A stretch of DNA of 64,000 bases, taken from positions 5,993 to 69,992 of the forward strand of contig DATHDS010000032.1 of NCBI GenBank assembly GCA_035318925.1. The letters run 5' to 3'. This document shows, in pieces, positions 1 through 9,090 of the stretch. The notes under the pieces were generated by a model that was given only the letters and a program-made list of their open reading frames with translations, was not told the DNA's origin and made no database searches. The DNA is from Gaiellaceae bacterium (lineage in GTDB: Bacteria; Actinomycetota; Thermoleophilia; Gaiellales; Gaiellaceae). Position 1 is the stretch's first letter. Each line of letters starts with the position of its first letter. Made by a program: the position numbers and the translations under genes.

Positions 1-1
1 G

Positions 2-799
2 ACGGGCGGGCGCTGGTATTTCGCCGGCCGTCCCGTTTCGACGTATCGGGGCCTCCTCTACGACGCCGATCGTTCATCGGCCATCTGGAGCGGTCTGGCG
101 AGCTGGGTGCAGACGGCACCGTCCGGCTGCGCGGCGCTGAGTGCAGAAGGGCTGAGCGCGGATATCGCAGCTCTGCTCGGGCGGTCCAACCGCCAGCCGA
201 CGATCTTCCGCGTGCTCGCGTTGCCCGACTCCTTCGAGGCGTATCTCGCCCAACGGTCAAGCTCCACCCGGCAGACCTTGAGGCGGAAGCTTCGCGGCTT
301 CGAGCGGGCCGGCGGAGCGCTCGTCGAGGCCGTCGACCTGCCGGCAGCGCTGGAAACCTTCGTCCGCTTGCACGCCGAGCGCGCGGCGAGCAAGGGCGAA
401 CAGCACGCGATGATCGACGAGCGGCTAACACGCCTGCTCGGCTTGCTCCGCGGCGACTCGCCATGGCGTCGGGTGTGGGAGCTCGAGCTCGACGGCCGCA
501 CGATCGCCGTCTCCATCCACCTCGAGCTGGGCGACACCGTTCACTTCTACAACACCGGGATGGACGTGAGCGCGGAACGGCTCAGCCCGGGGATTGTGCT
601 CGAGCTCGACCTGATCCGGGACGCGATCGAGCGCGGTCTGAAACGCTTCGACCTCGGCCCGGGCGATGCGTCGTACAAAGCACAGCTCGGTGGCGAGCAG
701 GTGGAGCGCTACCTGGTCACGCTTGCCGCACCAACCCTGCGCGGGCGAACTGTCCAACTGGCGCTCGCCGCGCGGATGCGTCTCCGGGGACGTCGCTAG
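2..799 (+). CDS. GNAT-fold acyltransferase of the CelD/BioF2/FemAB-like type (5' end outside window)
   Basis: The frame is open from nt 2 to the stop at 797-799, so the listed Met at 107 is internal. The C-terminal part (HFYNTGMD..SPGIVLELDLIRDAIERGLKRFDLGPGDASYK) resembles Acetyltransf_6/CelD-like proteins found in polysaccharide loci. Confidence 0.55.
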   Translation, partial: TGGRWYFAGRPVSTYRGLLYDADRSSAIWSGLASWVQTAPSGCAALSAEGLSADIAALLGRSNRQPTIFRVLALPDSFEAYLAQRSSSTRQTLRRKLRGFERAGGALVEAVDLPAALETFVRLHAERAASKGEQHAMIDERLTRLLGLLRGDSPWRRVWELELDGRTIAVSIHLELGDTVHFYNTGMDVSAERLSPGIVLELDLIRDAIERGLKRFDLGPGDASYKAQLGGEQVERYLVTLAAPTLRGRTVQLALAARMRLRGRR

Positions 800-818
800 G
801 CTCTTCGGTGCGCGTGAC

Positions 819-1670
819 GTGCAGGCTCCGCCTTTGACAGCCCTTCCTCCCGACTGCCCGCACGACCTCGAGGACGAGCTCGCATCGCGCGATGCCGCCG
901 TCGTGCGGGTCGAGCCGGACCCGCCGAAGACGTACCTCTGGCTCGCCGCGCCCGGCGAAGCTCTGTTCGCGTGGTATAGCACTGCGCCGGCGCACGCGGC
1001 GCTCGTCGCCTACGAGGCCGCCGCGCGAACAGCGATCGGGACCGAAGGGCCGCTGCGGGCCCCGCCGCTCCTCGCCGTCGGCGGGCTCTGGCGAGTTGAG
1101 CGCGCCCTGAGAGCGGAACCCTTGCGCGGCCAGGCCGTCGTCGACCGCGTCGTCGAGGCTGCCCAGGCGCTGGGTGGCATGGAGCTCCCCGATCTTCCTG
1201 CGGCCCTCGGAGTCGAGAGCCGCCCGGCCGCGTTTCGCCGGCGACTGCGCACGCTCCGCTCGCCGCTCCCGACCGCCGACGCCGTCCGCGCGCGCCGCGT
1301 TCTCGAGGCGACGTCGCTCCCACGCGTGACCAGCCACGGCGAGTTCAACAGCAAGCACGTGCTCATCGAGGGCGGCGATCCATGGATCGTGGATTGGGAA
1401 CTGGCGGCGAAGCGCCCGCTGGGGTACGACCTGATGACCCTCTGGGCCGATCTGGAGCGGGACGAGGACCGCGACCTTCTCTTCGAGGCGTCCATTCGGG
1501 CGCTCGGCGACGAGTGGCGCGCCGAGCTGCGCCGACTGGGCTACGCGCTTCTGGTCCGCGTGATCACCTCCGCCCTCGCCGAGCCGCTCGCCCAGAACCG
1601 CGACCCGGAACGCGCACGCGCACTCCTGGCACGTCTTCCGGCGGCTCGCCGCGATGCGCTCGGAGGCTGA
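819..1670 (+). CDS. APH/choline-kinase-fold phosphotransferase family protein with atypical catalytic motif
   Basis: C-terminal HGEFNSKHVLIEGGDPWIVDWELA matches the HxDxxxxN ... DWE pattern of phosphotransferase enzymes, but with Glu for Asp and His for Asn. The start is set at the in-frame GTG at 819, just after the upstream stop; the listed start at 666 would overlap the previous gene. Confidence 0.5.
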   Translation: MQAPPLTALPPDCPHDLEDELASRDAAVVRVEPDPPKTYLWLAAPGEALFAWYSTAPAHAALVAYEAAARTAIGTEGPLRAPPLLAVGGLWRVERALRAEPLRGQAVVDRVVEAAQALGGMELPDLPAALGVESRPAAFRRRLRTLRSPLPTADAVRARRVLEATSLPRVTSHGEFNSKHVLIEGGDPWIVDWELAAKRPLGYDLMTLWADLERDEDRDLLFEASIRALGDEWRAELRRLGYALLVRVITSALAEPLAQNRDPERARALLARLPAARRDALGG

Positions 1671-2505
1671 CGCTGTGGCGCGCGTTAGCGTCATCGTGCC
1701 GTGCTTCGAGGACGGGCCTCTGCTGGCCGAGGCGGTCGCGTCCATCGAGGAGCTGGAACCTGTCGAGCTGGTGGTCGTGGACGACTGCTCCACCACGGGC
1801 GAGACCCTGGCCGTCCTCGACCGGCTCGAGGCCGACGGGATCCGGATAGTCCGACACGAGCAGAACCGCGGTCTCGCCGAGTCGCGCAACACCGGCTTAC
1901 GCGCGACAGCCGCCCCCTACGTCTTTCCTCTCGACTCGGACGACCTCGCCGTTCCCGGCGCCCTGGCGCGCATGGCCGACAGGCTCGACGGCCACCCGGG
2001 CGCGGCCGTCTGCTTCGGCGATTACGAGGAGCTCGGTGCAAGCAACCTCGTCCGCGCCGTGCCTCCACAGCTGGACCCGTTCAGGATCGCGTACACCAAC
2101 GAGTACCCGGTCACGTCGCTCTTCCGCCGTTCCGTCCTCGAGGAGGTCGGAGGCTGGCGCATGATCGGCGCCGGGTACGAGGACTGGGATCTCTGGATGA
2201 CGCTGGCCGAGCGCGGGGAGCAAGGGATCCACGCGGGCCCCGGCGTGCTCACGTACCGCCGTCGGGTGCACGCCGGGCGGATGCTGAGTCGGGCCAAGCG
2301 TGAACATCGGGCGCTCTACGCGAAGTTGCAGAGCGACCATCCGAGGCTCTTCGGGGAGCTGCGGCGGCACCGTCGCGCATCGGAGCTGAGCTCTGTGCGC
2401 AAGCTCCTCTATCCGCTCGTGTACGGCGGGCGGCGACGCTTCGTGGCAGAGCGGCGCCTGAAGGCGTTGCTCGACCGGCTAGGGGTCTGGACGCTCCGCC
2501 GCTGA
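1654..2505 (+). CDS. family 2 glycosyltransferase
   Basis: VSVIVPCFEDGPLLAEAVASI..VVVDDCSTTGE..NRGLAESRNTGL..PLDSDD is the classic GT2 N-terminal domain with a DxD-like motif. Confidence 0.85.
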   Translation: MRSEADAVARVSVIVPCFEDGPLLAEAVASIEELEPVELVVVDDCSTTGETLAVLDRLEADGIRIVRHEQNRGLAESRNTGLRATAAPYVFPLDSDDLAVPGALARMADRLDGHPGAAVCFGDYEELGASNLVRAVPPQLDPFRIAYTNEYPVTSLFRRSVLEEVGGWRMIGAGYEDWDLWMTLAERGEQGIHAGPGVLTYRRRVHAGRMLSRAKREHRALYAKLQSDHPRLFGELRRHRRASELSSVRKLLYPLVYGGRRRFVAERRLKALLDRLGVWTLRR

Positions 2506-3276
2506 GCTGCGAGCGGGCCCGTGGCGGAACGGGCGCGCGATGCGGCGTGCGAGCTGCCCGGGCGGCGATGCCGCCAGCGGGTGGAAGAGCCCGCGCGACT
2601 TGAGCGCGAAGCTCACGCGGCCGTCCAACGAGTCGACGCTCTCGCGGCGCAGTTCGAAGGGCCGCCAATCGCCGCGCGCGCCGCACGTGACCGCGGCCAG
2701 GTACCCGGCTCGCTCCGCGGCCTCCGGGCAGGCGGACGAGTAGGCGCAACCCGGGTAGGCGAACGTCTGGACCGTTTGGCTGATCAGCTCTTCGAGTGCT
2801 GACTTCGACGAAGCCATCTCGTCGTAGGCCTGCTCGGGCCCGGCGGACGATAGATCCGCGTGGGTGAGCGTGTGCGAGCCGATCTCGAAGAGCGGCAGTG
2901 CTGCGATCTGCTTGATCTCGGCGGCGTCCATCAGCCGTATGCCCGCCTCCGGAGCGAGGAAAGGATGCGGGCGGCCGAGCAGCCCTGGGCAGACGAACAC
3001 GGTTGCGGGGACGCCGAGCGCCTCGAGCGTGTCCGGGAGGACGTCGACCCCGTCGACGCTCCCGTCGTCGAACGTGAGCGCGCAGACGCCCTCGGGCAGG
3101 CCGCTCTCGACCAGCCTGCGCGCGAACTCCGACAGCGTCACGAACCCGTAGCCACGAGCACGCAGGCGCTCGACCTGGGCGACGAAGCTCTCGCGCGGCA
3201 CCATCAGGTTGTGGGGGTCGAGGCTGCGGGACACACGGCCGAGTCCGTGGTATGCGAGGACGAGGGGCCGGCGCAT
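2479..3276 (-). CDS. polysaccharide deacetylase (CE4 family)
   Basis: LTFDDGSVDG, ATVFVCPG and GSHTLTHADL motifs are typical of the NodB homology domain. Confidence 0.8.
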   Translation of the reverse strand: MRRPLVLAYHGLGRVSRSLDPHNLMVPRESFVAQVERLRARGYGFVTLSEFARRLVESGLPEGVCALTFDDGSVDGVDVLPDTLEALGVPATVFVCPGLLGRPHPFLAPEAGIRLMDAAEIKQIAALPLFEIGSHTLTHADLSSAGPEQAYDEMASSKSALEELISQTVQTFAYPGCAYSSACPEAAERAGYLAAVTCGARGDWRPFELRRESVDSLDGRVSFALKSRGLFHPLAASPPGQLARRIARPFRHGPARSSAAERPDP

Positions 3277-3280
3277 CGGC

Positions 3281-4786
3281 TCAGTCGACGCTTGCCGGAG
3301 GCGGGGTGGGGGCGCCCAGCCGGGGGCGACGGACGATTGTCAGGAAGAAGGCGAAGTCCTCCGGGAAGGCGCGGCGCTCGAACGCGGCGAGGCCTGCGAC
3401 GTACGTTGCCCCGCCGAGGACGACCGCGGCCGCGAGGTTTCCCCGCGCCAGCAAGAGGACGACGGTCATCGCGGCACCGGCCGCGATCGGGCCGGCGAAG
3501 GCACGAGTGACCCGGATCGTCCCGATCGCACGCGCTGCCTGACGGAGGCCCAGTGCGGCCAGCAGCACGCCTGAGAGGGCAGCGCTTGCAGCGGCACCGG
3601 TCGCGCCGTACCGCGGGATCAGGATCAGGTTCGAGACGACATTGACCGCAATGACAACGATGAAAAGGCGCGAGAAGAGCCCGGGGCGGTCGTGCGCGGT
3701 CAGGGCCGTGGCCGTGAAGTAGTTGATGCCGTAGAGGACCGTCAGCGCTCCGAGCAGCTGGAGCGGCACCGCGGAGGACTCGTACTGGTGGCCGTAGAGG
3801 AGGTCGATGATGTCGTCGGCGAGCACGGCGAAGACGAGTCCCATCGGCATCAGCACGGCCGTGATCACCTTCAACCCCAGCTCATAGCCCCGCACGAGCT
3901 GCGCGTCTCCTGCCTCACCGCCGTGTCGTGCGAGCCAGGGCAGCGCCGCCGTCCCGAACGACCAACTGATGAACATCGTCGCCTCGACGAGGCGGAAGGC
4001 GGCGCCGTAGATACCGACCTGCCGGTTGTTCCCGCCCTTCAGGAAGCTGAGGAGGACGGCGTCGAAGCGGATGAGGATCGTGAAGAGCAGGGTCGCGACT
4101 CCGATGGGCAGGCCGGCTCGGAGGAGCGGCACGAAGCGGGAGCGGTCGAGCTCGAGCCGAGGCACGACGACGAACCGGCGCAGGGACCACACGGCGACGA
4201 GCAGGCCGAGTCCGGAGCCCGCGAGGTAGATGAGAGAGACGGCAACGAGCCCATAGCCGAGCTCGAGCGCGGTGACCGCGGCGGCGGCCGTAAGGATTCG
4301 CTGCACGCTCAGCGAGAGCGAGACGAACTCCATCCGCTCGTAGGCCTGGAAGACTGCATACCACGTCCGGCCGACGTTCTCGATCGCGACGCCGGCGCCG
4401 ACGAGGTAGATCGCAGTGCGGGTGTCGCCCGAATACTCGATGGTGCCGATCGCGAAGGTGACGAGCAGGAGCAGTGCCGACGTGAGCCCCTTGACTGCGA
4501 CGACGTTGCTGAGGTAGCTGTGGATACGGCTTCGGTCGCGTGCGACCTCGCGCGCCGTCAGTCCGTCCGTTCCGAGCCCCGACGCGAGGATGAGGGTTCC
4601 CGTCAGCGAAAGAGCGAGCGTGAAGTCGCCGAAACCGGTCTCCCCGAGCTCCCGGGCCACATCGACGAAGAAGACGAGGCTGGCGGCCTTTGCGACGAGC
4701 TCCCCTACCGTGCGGACCGTGAAGTTCCGCGCGATGCGTCGCGCTGATGTGTGGGAGCTCGTGTTCGTCGTCGTCGGCCCCTCCAC
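3281..4786 (-). CDS. Wzx-type polysaccharide flippase (MOP superfamily)
   Basis: 501 aa and about 12-14 hydrophobic segments, with the overall pattern of polysaccharide biosynthesis (PST) flippases. It lies within the EPS locus. Confidence 0.8.
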   Translation of the reverse strand: MEGPTTTNTSSHTSARRIARNFTVRTVGELVAKAASLVFFVDVARELGETGFGDFTLALSLTGTLILASGLGTDGLTAREVARDRSRIHSYLSNVVAVKGLTSALLLLVTFAIGTIEYSGDTRTAIYLVGAGVAIENVGRTWYAVFQAYERMEFVSLSLSVQRILTAAAAVTALELGYGLVAVSLIYLAGSGLGLLVAVWSLRRFVVVPRLELDRSRFVPLLRAGLPIGVATLLFTILIRFDAVLLSFLKGGNNRQVGIYGAAFRLVEATMFISWSFGTAALPWLARHGGEAGDAQLVRGYELGLKVITAVLMPMGLVFAVLADDIIDLLYGHQYESSAVPLQLLGALTVLYGINYFTATALTAHDRPGLFSRLFIVVIAVNVVSNLILIPRYGATGAAASAALSGVLLAALGLRQAARAIGTIRVTRAFAGPIAAGAAMTVVLLLARGNLAAAVVLGGATYVAGLAAFERRAFPEDFAFFLTIVRRPRLGAPTPPPASVD

Positions 4787-4915
4787 AGATTCGCAGCCAG
4801 CTTGCGGTACGGCCCGGATGCCCCTTCCGGCAGTCTATGCCACGATGGCTTCAGCTCTGACGGCGGCACCTGCCGGAGGTTCGGCCTGAGCGCCGAGGAC
4901 GGACGGCAGACCGCG

Positions 4916-6028
4916 GTGCCGGTCGCCTTCGTCTCCTCGCACGCGACGAGGGCCGGCTCCGAGCGCTACCTCTCGCTCCTGCTCGAGCAAATCGATCCCG
5001 CCTACGTCCGCAGCGTCATCTGCCTCAAGGCCGGGCCGTTCGCCGACGAGCTGGAAGGGCTCGGCTACCCGCTCGAGGTGATCGACACTGGCGTCCGGGC
5101 GCCGGCGATCATCAGCTCGGCTTGGCGGCTGCGCCGTTCGCTGCGCCGCTCGGGGAGCGCGGTCGTCCACGCAAACGGGGTCAAGGCCGCCCTCGTGTCG
5201 ACCGCCGCCACGATCGGCACGGATATCGCCGTCGTCTGGTTCAAGCACGACGTCAGCCGAGACGGCTGGCAGGCGCGGCTGATCGCGTCGCGCTGCTCGC
5301 GTGTGGTCGCGGCCAGCAAGGCCGTCACGACCACCTTTCGCGACGGGCAGCGAGACAAGGTCGAGGTCCTGCACTACCAGATGCCTGATCCACCGGTGGA
5401 CGCCGCCGAGGGCCGGCGGCTCGTCCTCGCGGAGTTCGAGCCGCCCGAGCCGGCGGCGGTGGTCACTCTCGTCGGGAGGCTCGACCCCTTCAAGGGTCAA
5501 GCCGAGCTGCTCGCGATCGCCCCGGAGCTCAACGAACAAGTTCCCGGTCTTCGGTTCCTCTTCGTGGGCGGCGAGGATCCTGCGCACCCGGACCGCCCCG
5601 CGGCCCTCCAGCGAGAGGTAACGGAGCGTGGCCTCGAGCAGGTCGTCCGCTTCACGGGCCACCGCCACGATGCGCTGGCCCTGATCGCCGGCTCCGACCT
5701 GCTCGCGATCCCGAGCGTGACGAACGAGAGCGGCATGGGCAAGGAGGCGTTCCCGTACGTCGGGCTGGAGGCACTCGCACTCGGTACGCCCGTCATCGGC
5801 TACGACCACGGAGGCCTGCCGGAACAGGTCGGCGAGTGCGGCGTGTTGGTGCCGCCGGACGATCGCTCGGCCCTCCGGGACGTGATCCTGCGTCTCGTCA
5901 GCGACGCGCCGGAGCGGGAACGTCTCGCCCGCTGCGGCCGAGAGCGGTTCCTCACACTCTTCGCTCTCCACGACCTCGTCGAGACGGTGGCCCAGCGCTA
6001 TCGCACGGCTGCAGGAGACCGCCGATGA
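4916..6028 (+). CDS. family 4 (GT-B) glycosyltransferase
   Basis: C-terminal FTGHRHD..LIAGSDLLAIPS..E(A)FPYVGLEALALGTPVIG is the GT4 EX7E region. The GTG at 4916 gives an MPVAFVSSH N-terminus typical of GT4; the listed start at 4751 overlaps the divergent flippase gene. Confidence 0.8.
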   Translation: MPVAFVSSHATRAGSERYLSLLLEQIDPAYVRSVICLKAGPFADELEGLGYPLEVIDTGVRAPAIISSAWRLRRSLRRSGSAVVHANGVKAALVSTAATIGTDIAVVWFKHDVSRDGWQARLIASRCSRVVAASKAVTTTFRDGQRDKVEVLHYQMPDPPVDAAEGRRLVLAEFEPPEPAAVVTLVGRLDPFKGQAELLAIAPELNEQVPGLRFLFVGGEDPAHPDRPAALQREVTERGLEQVVRFTGHRHDALALIAGSDLLAIPSVTNESGMGKEAFPYVGLEALALGTPVIGYDHGGLPEQVGECGVLVPPDDRSALRDVILRLVSDAPERERLARCGRERFLTLFALHDLVETVAQRYRTAAGDRR

Positions 6029-7488
6029 ACGGCCTGGCCGCCCGCTTACCCGTGCCGCTCGTCACCCGTCCGGGCTGGAGGAACGCGCTCGTCGCGGCCC
6101 TCGGCATCGCTTTCGGGGCCGGCGTCACCGCGGCCGCGGTGCGCGCCGGCGGAAATTCAGCTCCACTGCTCCTGCTGGCGCTCGCGCTCGCGCCCGCCCT
6201 CTTGTATGTCGTGGTCGCCCGCCCGCTCGTGGCGGTTCTGCTCGTCCTCGCCGTCATTCCGGTCGGCGCCGTCCATCTCCCGACTCCTCTGATCAGCCTG
6301 CAGGCGATCGAGGTGGCCGTGCTCGGGGTCGCCGCGCTGGTGGTGCTTCGGCGGCTCGGCCGCGGCGAAAGCCCATTGCCCTGGGCTAACCAGCTCTGGT
6401 GGGCGCTGGCCCTCCTCGCGTGGACGCTCATAGCGACGTCGACGGCTGTCGACACCACGCTTGCGCTGAAGCAGGTTGCGCTGCTCGGCGGGGGGATCAT
6501 CTTCGTCCCGGTCGTGCTCGCGGCGCTCGAAAGCATGGAGGACGTACGGCGCATGCTGTCGGCGCTCGTCGCTGTCGCCGTCGGAATTGCGCTGGCCGCG
6601 CTCTCGCAGGGCGTTCATTACCAGTCCCAGCTCGGGGCAGAGACCGTGAGCGGCCGCCTCCAGGGAGCGTTCGATCACCCCAACCAGCTCGCGCTCTTCT
6701 GCTCCATGACGGCTTCGATCGCCGCCGGGCTTGCCTTCGGCCTGCGCACACGGATTGCACGCCTGCTCGCCGCCGTCGCGATCGCTCCGATCGTGGTCGT
6801 GCTGATGCTCACGCTCTCACGCGGAGCCTGGATCGGAGCGGGCTTCGCCTTCTTCTTCCTGATCTTCACCCTGCGCGAGGCACGCCGCGCCTTCCTCCTC
6901 GTTGGCGTGCCGCTGATCATCGTCGCGGCCTTCGTCGGGTCGTTCGCGCCCGGGACGACCGAGACCCAGATTGTCGGGCAGCGGGCTCGAGACATCACGA
7001 CTCTCAGTCCATACGACGGGCGCTCGGCGATCTACGCGGAGGCGCTGCGCGAGATCCGAAGCCACCCGCTCGTCGGCGTCGGCCCCGGCGACTTCCCGGT
7101 GGCCGCCGAGCGCGCGGGATCCGCCGCGACGAGCTTCTTCCCCGACCATGCACACAATCTCTGGCTGACGTGGGGCGCCGAGGTCGGGCTACCGGCCGTC
7201 GCGATCATCCTTGTCTTGATACTCGCCCTGGGCAGCGCGCTCCGCGACGCCGGCCGTTCGGCAGTCGCCCGGGGCGACCGGCGCGATCGCGCGATCATGG
7301 CCGGGCTTGGAGCCGCCCTGGTCGCGATGCTCGGGCAGGGGATCTTCGACTACCTGCTGCGCAACGCGGTGCTCTGGATCGTCCTCTGGGGGCTCATCGG
7401 AGCGATTCTCGTCTGCGCACGCGAGTACCGGTCGGTCCCGCCGTCGCCGGCGCCTGCAGAAGGGGCTAGCCCGTCAGGTAGGTCTTGA
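6025..7488 (+). CDS. O-antigen polymerase/ligase family membrane protein (Wzy-like)
   Basis: The ATG at 6025 overlaps the upstream stop (ATGA). The protein is multi-pass, and FDHPNQLALF..LMLTLSRGAWIG matches the Wzy_C/O-antigen ligase loop. Confidence 0.75.
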   Translation: MNGLAARLPVPLVTRPGWRNALVAALGIAFGAGVTAAAVRAGGNSAPLLLLALALAPALLYVVVARPLVAVLLVLAVIPVGAVHLPTPLISLQAIEVAVLGVAALVVLRRLGRGESPLPWANQLWWALALLAWTLIATSTAVDTTLALKQVALLGGGIIFVPVVLAALESMEDVRRMLSALVAVAVGIALAALSQGVHYQSQLGAETVSGRLQGAFDHPNQLALFCSMTASIAAGLAFGLRTRIARLLAAVAIAPIVVVLMLTLSRGAWIGAGFAFFFLIFTLREARRAFLLVGVPLIIVAAFVGSFAPGTTETQIVGQRARDITTLSPYDGRSAIYAEALREIRSHPLVGVGPGDFPVAAERAGSAATSFFPDHAHNLWLTWGAEVGLPAVAIILVLILALGSALRDAGRSAVARGDRRDRAIMAGLGAALVAMLGQGIFDYLLRNAVLWIVLWGLIGAILVCAREYRSVPPSPAPAEGASPSGRS

Positions 7489-9010
7489 GCGTCCAGTACA
7501 CGGGCTTTTCGGTCAGATTGTTGGTAAGCAGCCCGAAGTTCGCATTCTGGATGTCCGTGCCCGTCTGGTTGCGCTCGTCGTACCAGAACATGTTGGTCAC
7601 GTACGGGTACTGGGCCTTCGCGTACTCGATCGCGCGGACGAGGTAGTCGCCCTGTTGAGCGAGCGTTACGCCGCGCTGCCAGTTCTGCACGCCCTGCCAG
7701 TTGTCGTGGGACGACCAGCCGAACTCCGTGAACCAGATCGGCTTGTTGCCATCACCGTTCTGCACCATCAGGTCCCGGACGGCGCCGAGCCTGGCGAACC
7801 ACCAGTTGCGGCTGTCGGGAGCCGACTCCGGGGGCGTGTCGGAGATCGCCTGGTACGGATGCGTTGCCATGACGTCGAAGTAGCCGTGAGCCCCCGCTGC
7901 ATAGCAGGCGGCGATGAAGGACTCGTCGTTCGAGGACGGGCCGCCGAAGACGACGGTCGCATTCGGGTCGCCTGCCTTGATCGCCGGATAGCCGGCTCGG
8001 AGCAGGGAGACGTATTGCAAGGCGGTTCCGGACCAGCTCCACGAGGACTGCGCGGGATCCGGCTCGTTCCACATCTCCCAGGCGCTGACGCGGCCGCGGA
8101 AGTGGTCGGCGGCCCAGTGTGCGATCCAGGCGAAGTCGGCATTGTCGAGCGGCGGCACCTGCACGCCCTGGCCGCCGTTTGCCCAGGAGGGCGTTCGGAA
8201 GAGGATCGCGAGGACGTTGATGCCTCGCGCGCGGGCCATGTCGACGCAACGGTCGATGGTGTCGACGTACCACTGGCTGAGCTGGTTGCGGCCGACCTCC
8301 TGAAGGGAAGACCAGCCGACGTCGATGCGCACCCACTTGACGCCCGCGGCTTGAAGCTTGTCGAGCACCGTGGCGCGTTGAGCGTCGGTGTAATCCGACC
8401 AGCCGCAGTGGAACGCGACTCCCGTGTCCGGGGTGGTCGACGGCGGTGGCGGCGGCGGCGGCGCGGGCGGGGGCGGTGGCGGTGGCGCTTCGTCGACGAC
8501 CGTGGCGGTCGGAGCCGAGGTCGCGGCGGCCGAGCCGTAGGCGTTCGAGCCCGTCAAGAGGACACGCATCGCCTTGCCTACGTCGGCGGTGATGAGCCCG
8601 TACGTGGGGCTGGTCGCCCCGGTGACGGCGGTGCAGCCCGCGCTGTCGCAGCGGAGCCACTGGTAGGCGAACAAAATCGGCGTGGTGCCGGACCAGCTGC
8701 CGCGCGTCGCGGTGAGGGTCTGTCCGACCCGGGCCGTGCCCGAGATTGTCGGCAACGCGGTGTTGGCCGGAGGCCTCCTCCTCGCACCGTGAGCAAAGGC
8801 TACGAACCTGACCCTGGCGAGCCTGCGGCGTGCGGCAGCACGGCGTGCGGCGCTCTGGTGCGAGGTGAGGGCGAGCGGACGCGGGGCGAGCCTCGTAGCC
8901 ATATGCCTCGCGGAGCTGGACGGCGCAGCGGCAGCCGAGACGGCTGCGGCGAGGAACACAGCGAGCAGGAGGAGGCTGCTCGGGCGGCGAAGAGTCGGTC
9001 TCATACACAA
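7466..9010 (-). CDS. secreted clan GH-A glycoside hydrolase with N-terminal Ig-like module and poly-Pro linker
   Basis: Signal peptide (MCMRPTLRRPSSLLLLAVFLAAAVSAAAA). Module GTARVGQTLTATRGSWSGTTPILFAYQWLRCDSAGC. Linker PPPPPPPAPPPPPPP. Catalytic domain with WEMWNEPD (acid/base) and IWFTEFGW (nucleophile). Confidence 0.7.
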   Translation of the reverse strand: MCMRPTLRRPSSLLLLAVFLAAAVSAAAAPSSSARHMATRLAPRPLALTSHQSAARRAAARRRLARVRFVAFAHGARRRPPANTALPTISGTARVGQTLTATRGSWSGTTPILFAYQWLRCDSAGCTAVTGATSPTYGLITADVGKAMRVLLTGSNAYGSAAATSAPTATVVDEAPPPPPPPAPPPPPPPSTTPDTGVAFHCGWSDYTDAQRATVLDKLQAAGVKWVRIDVGWSSLQEVGRNQLSQWYVDTIDRCVDMARARGINVLAILFRTPSWANGGQGVQVPPLDNADFAWIAHWAADHFRGRVSAWEMWNEPDPAQSSWSWSGTALQYVSLLRAGYPAIKAGDPNATVVFGGPSSNDESFIAACYAAGAHGYFDVMATHPYQAISDTPPESAPDSRNWWFARLGAVRDLMVQNGDGNKPIWFTEFGWSSHDNWQGVQNWQRGVTLAQQGDYLVRAIEYAKAQYPYVTNMFWYDERNQTGTDIQNANFGLLTNNLTEKPVYWTLKTYLTG

Positions 9011-9090
9011 GGCTCTCGGAACCCGCCAACCGTCTCTGGATAACTCATTCGAGGTTCAGCACGGCGGCGAGCGGGTCTCGTTGCGACAAT

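Noticed and set aside
717-1892. Long antisense or alternative-frame ORFs across the EPS locus (717-1892 -, 4835-5971 -, 7307-9043 +, 7752-9029 -, 10051-11541 -, 12167-13693 -, 13885-14946 -)
   Set aside because: Their translations are Arg/Ala/Pro/Gly-rich and low in complexity, with no recognisable motifs. Each lies opposite or out of frame to a gene with clear family signatures. Long stop-free antisense frames are expected at this GC content.
8440-8488. GC-rich simple repeat (GGCGGTGGCGGCGGC...) that might look like a VNTR or a CRISPR-like repeat
   Set aside because: It is the coding sequence of the poly-proline linker of the glycosidase. There are no spacers or repeat-spacer periodicity, and no CRISPR array was seen anywhere in the window.
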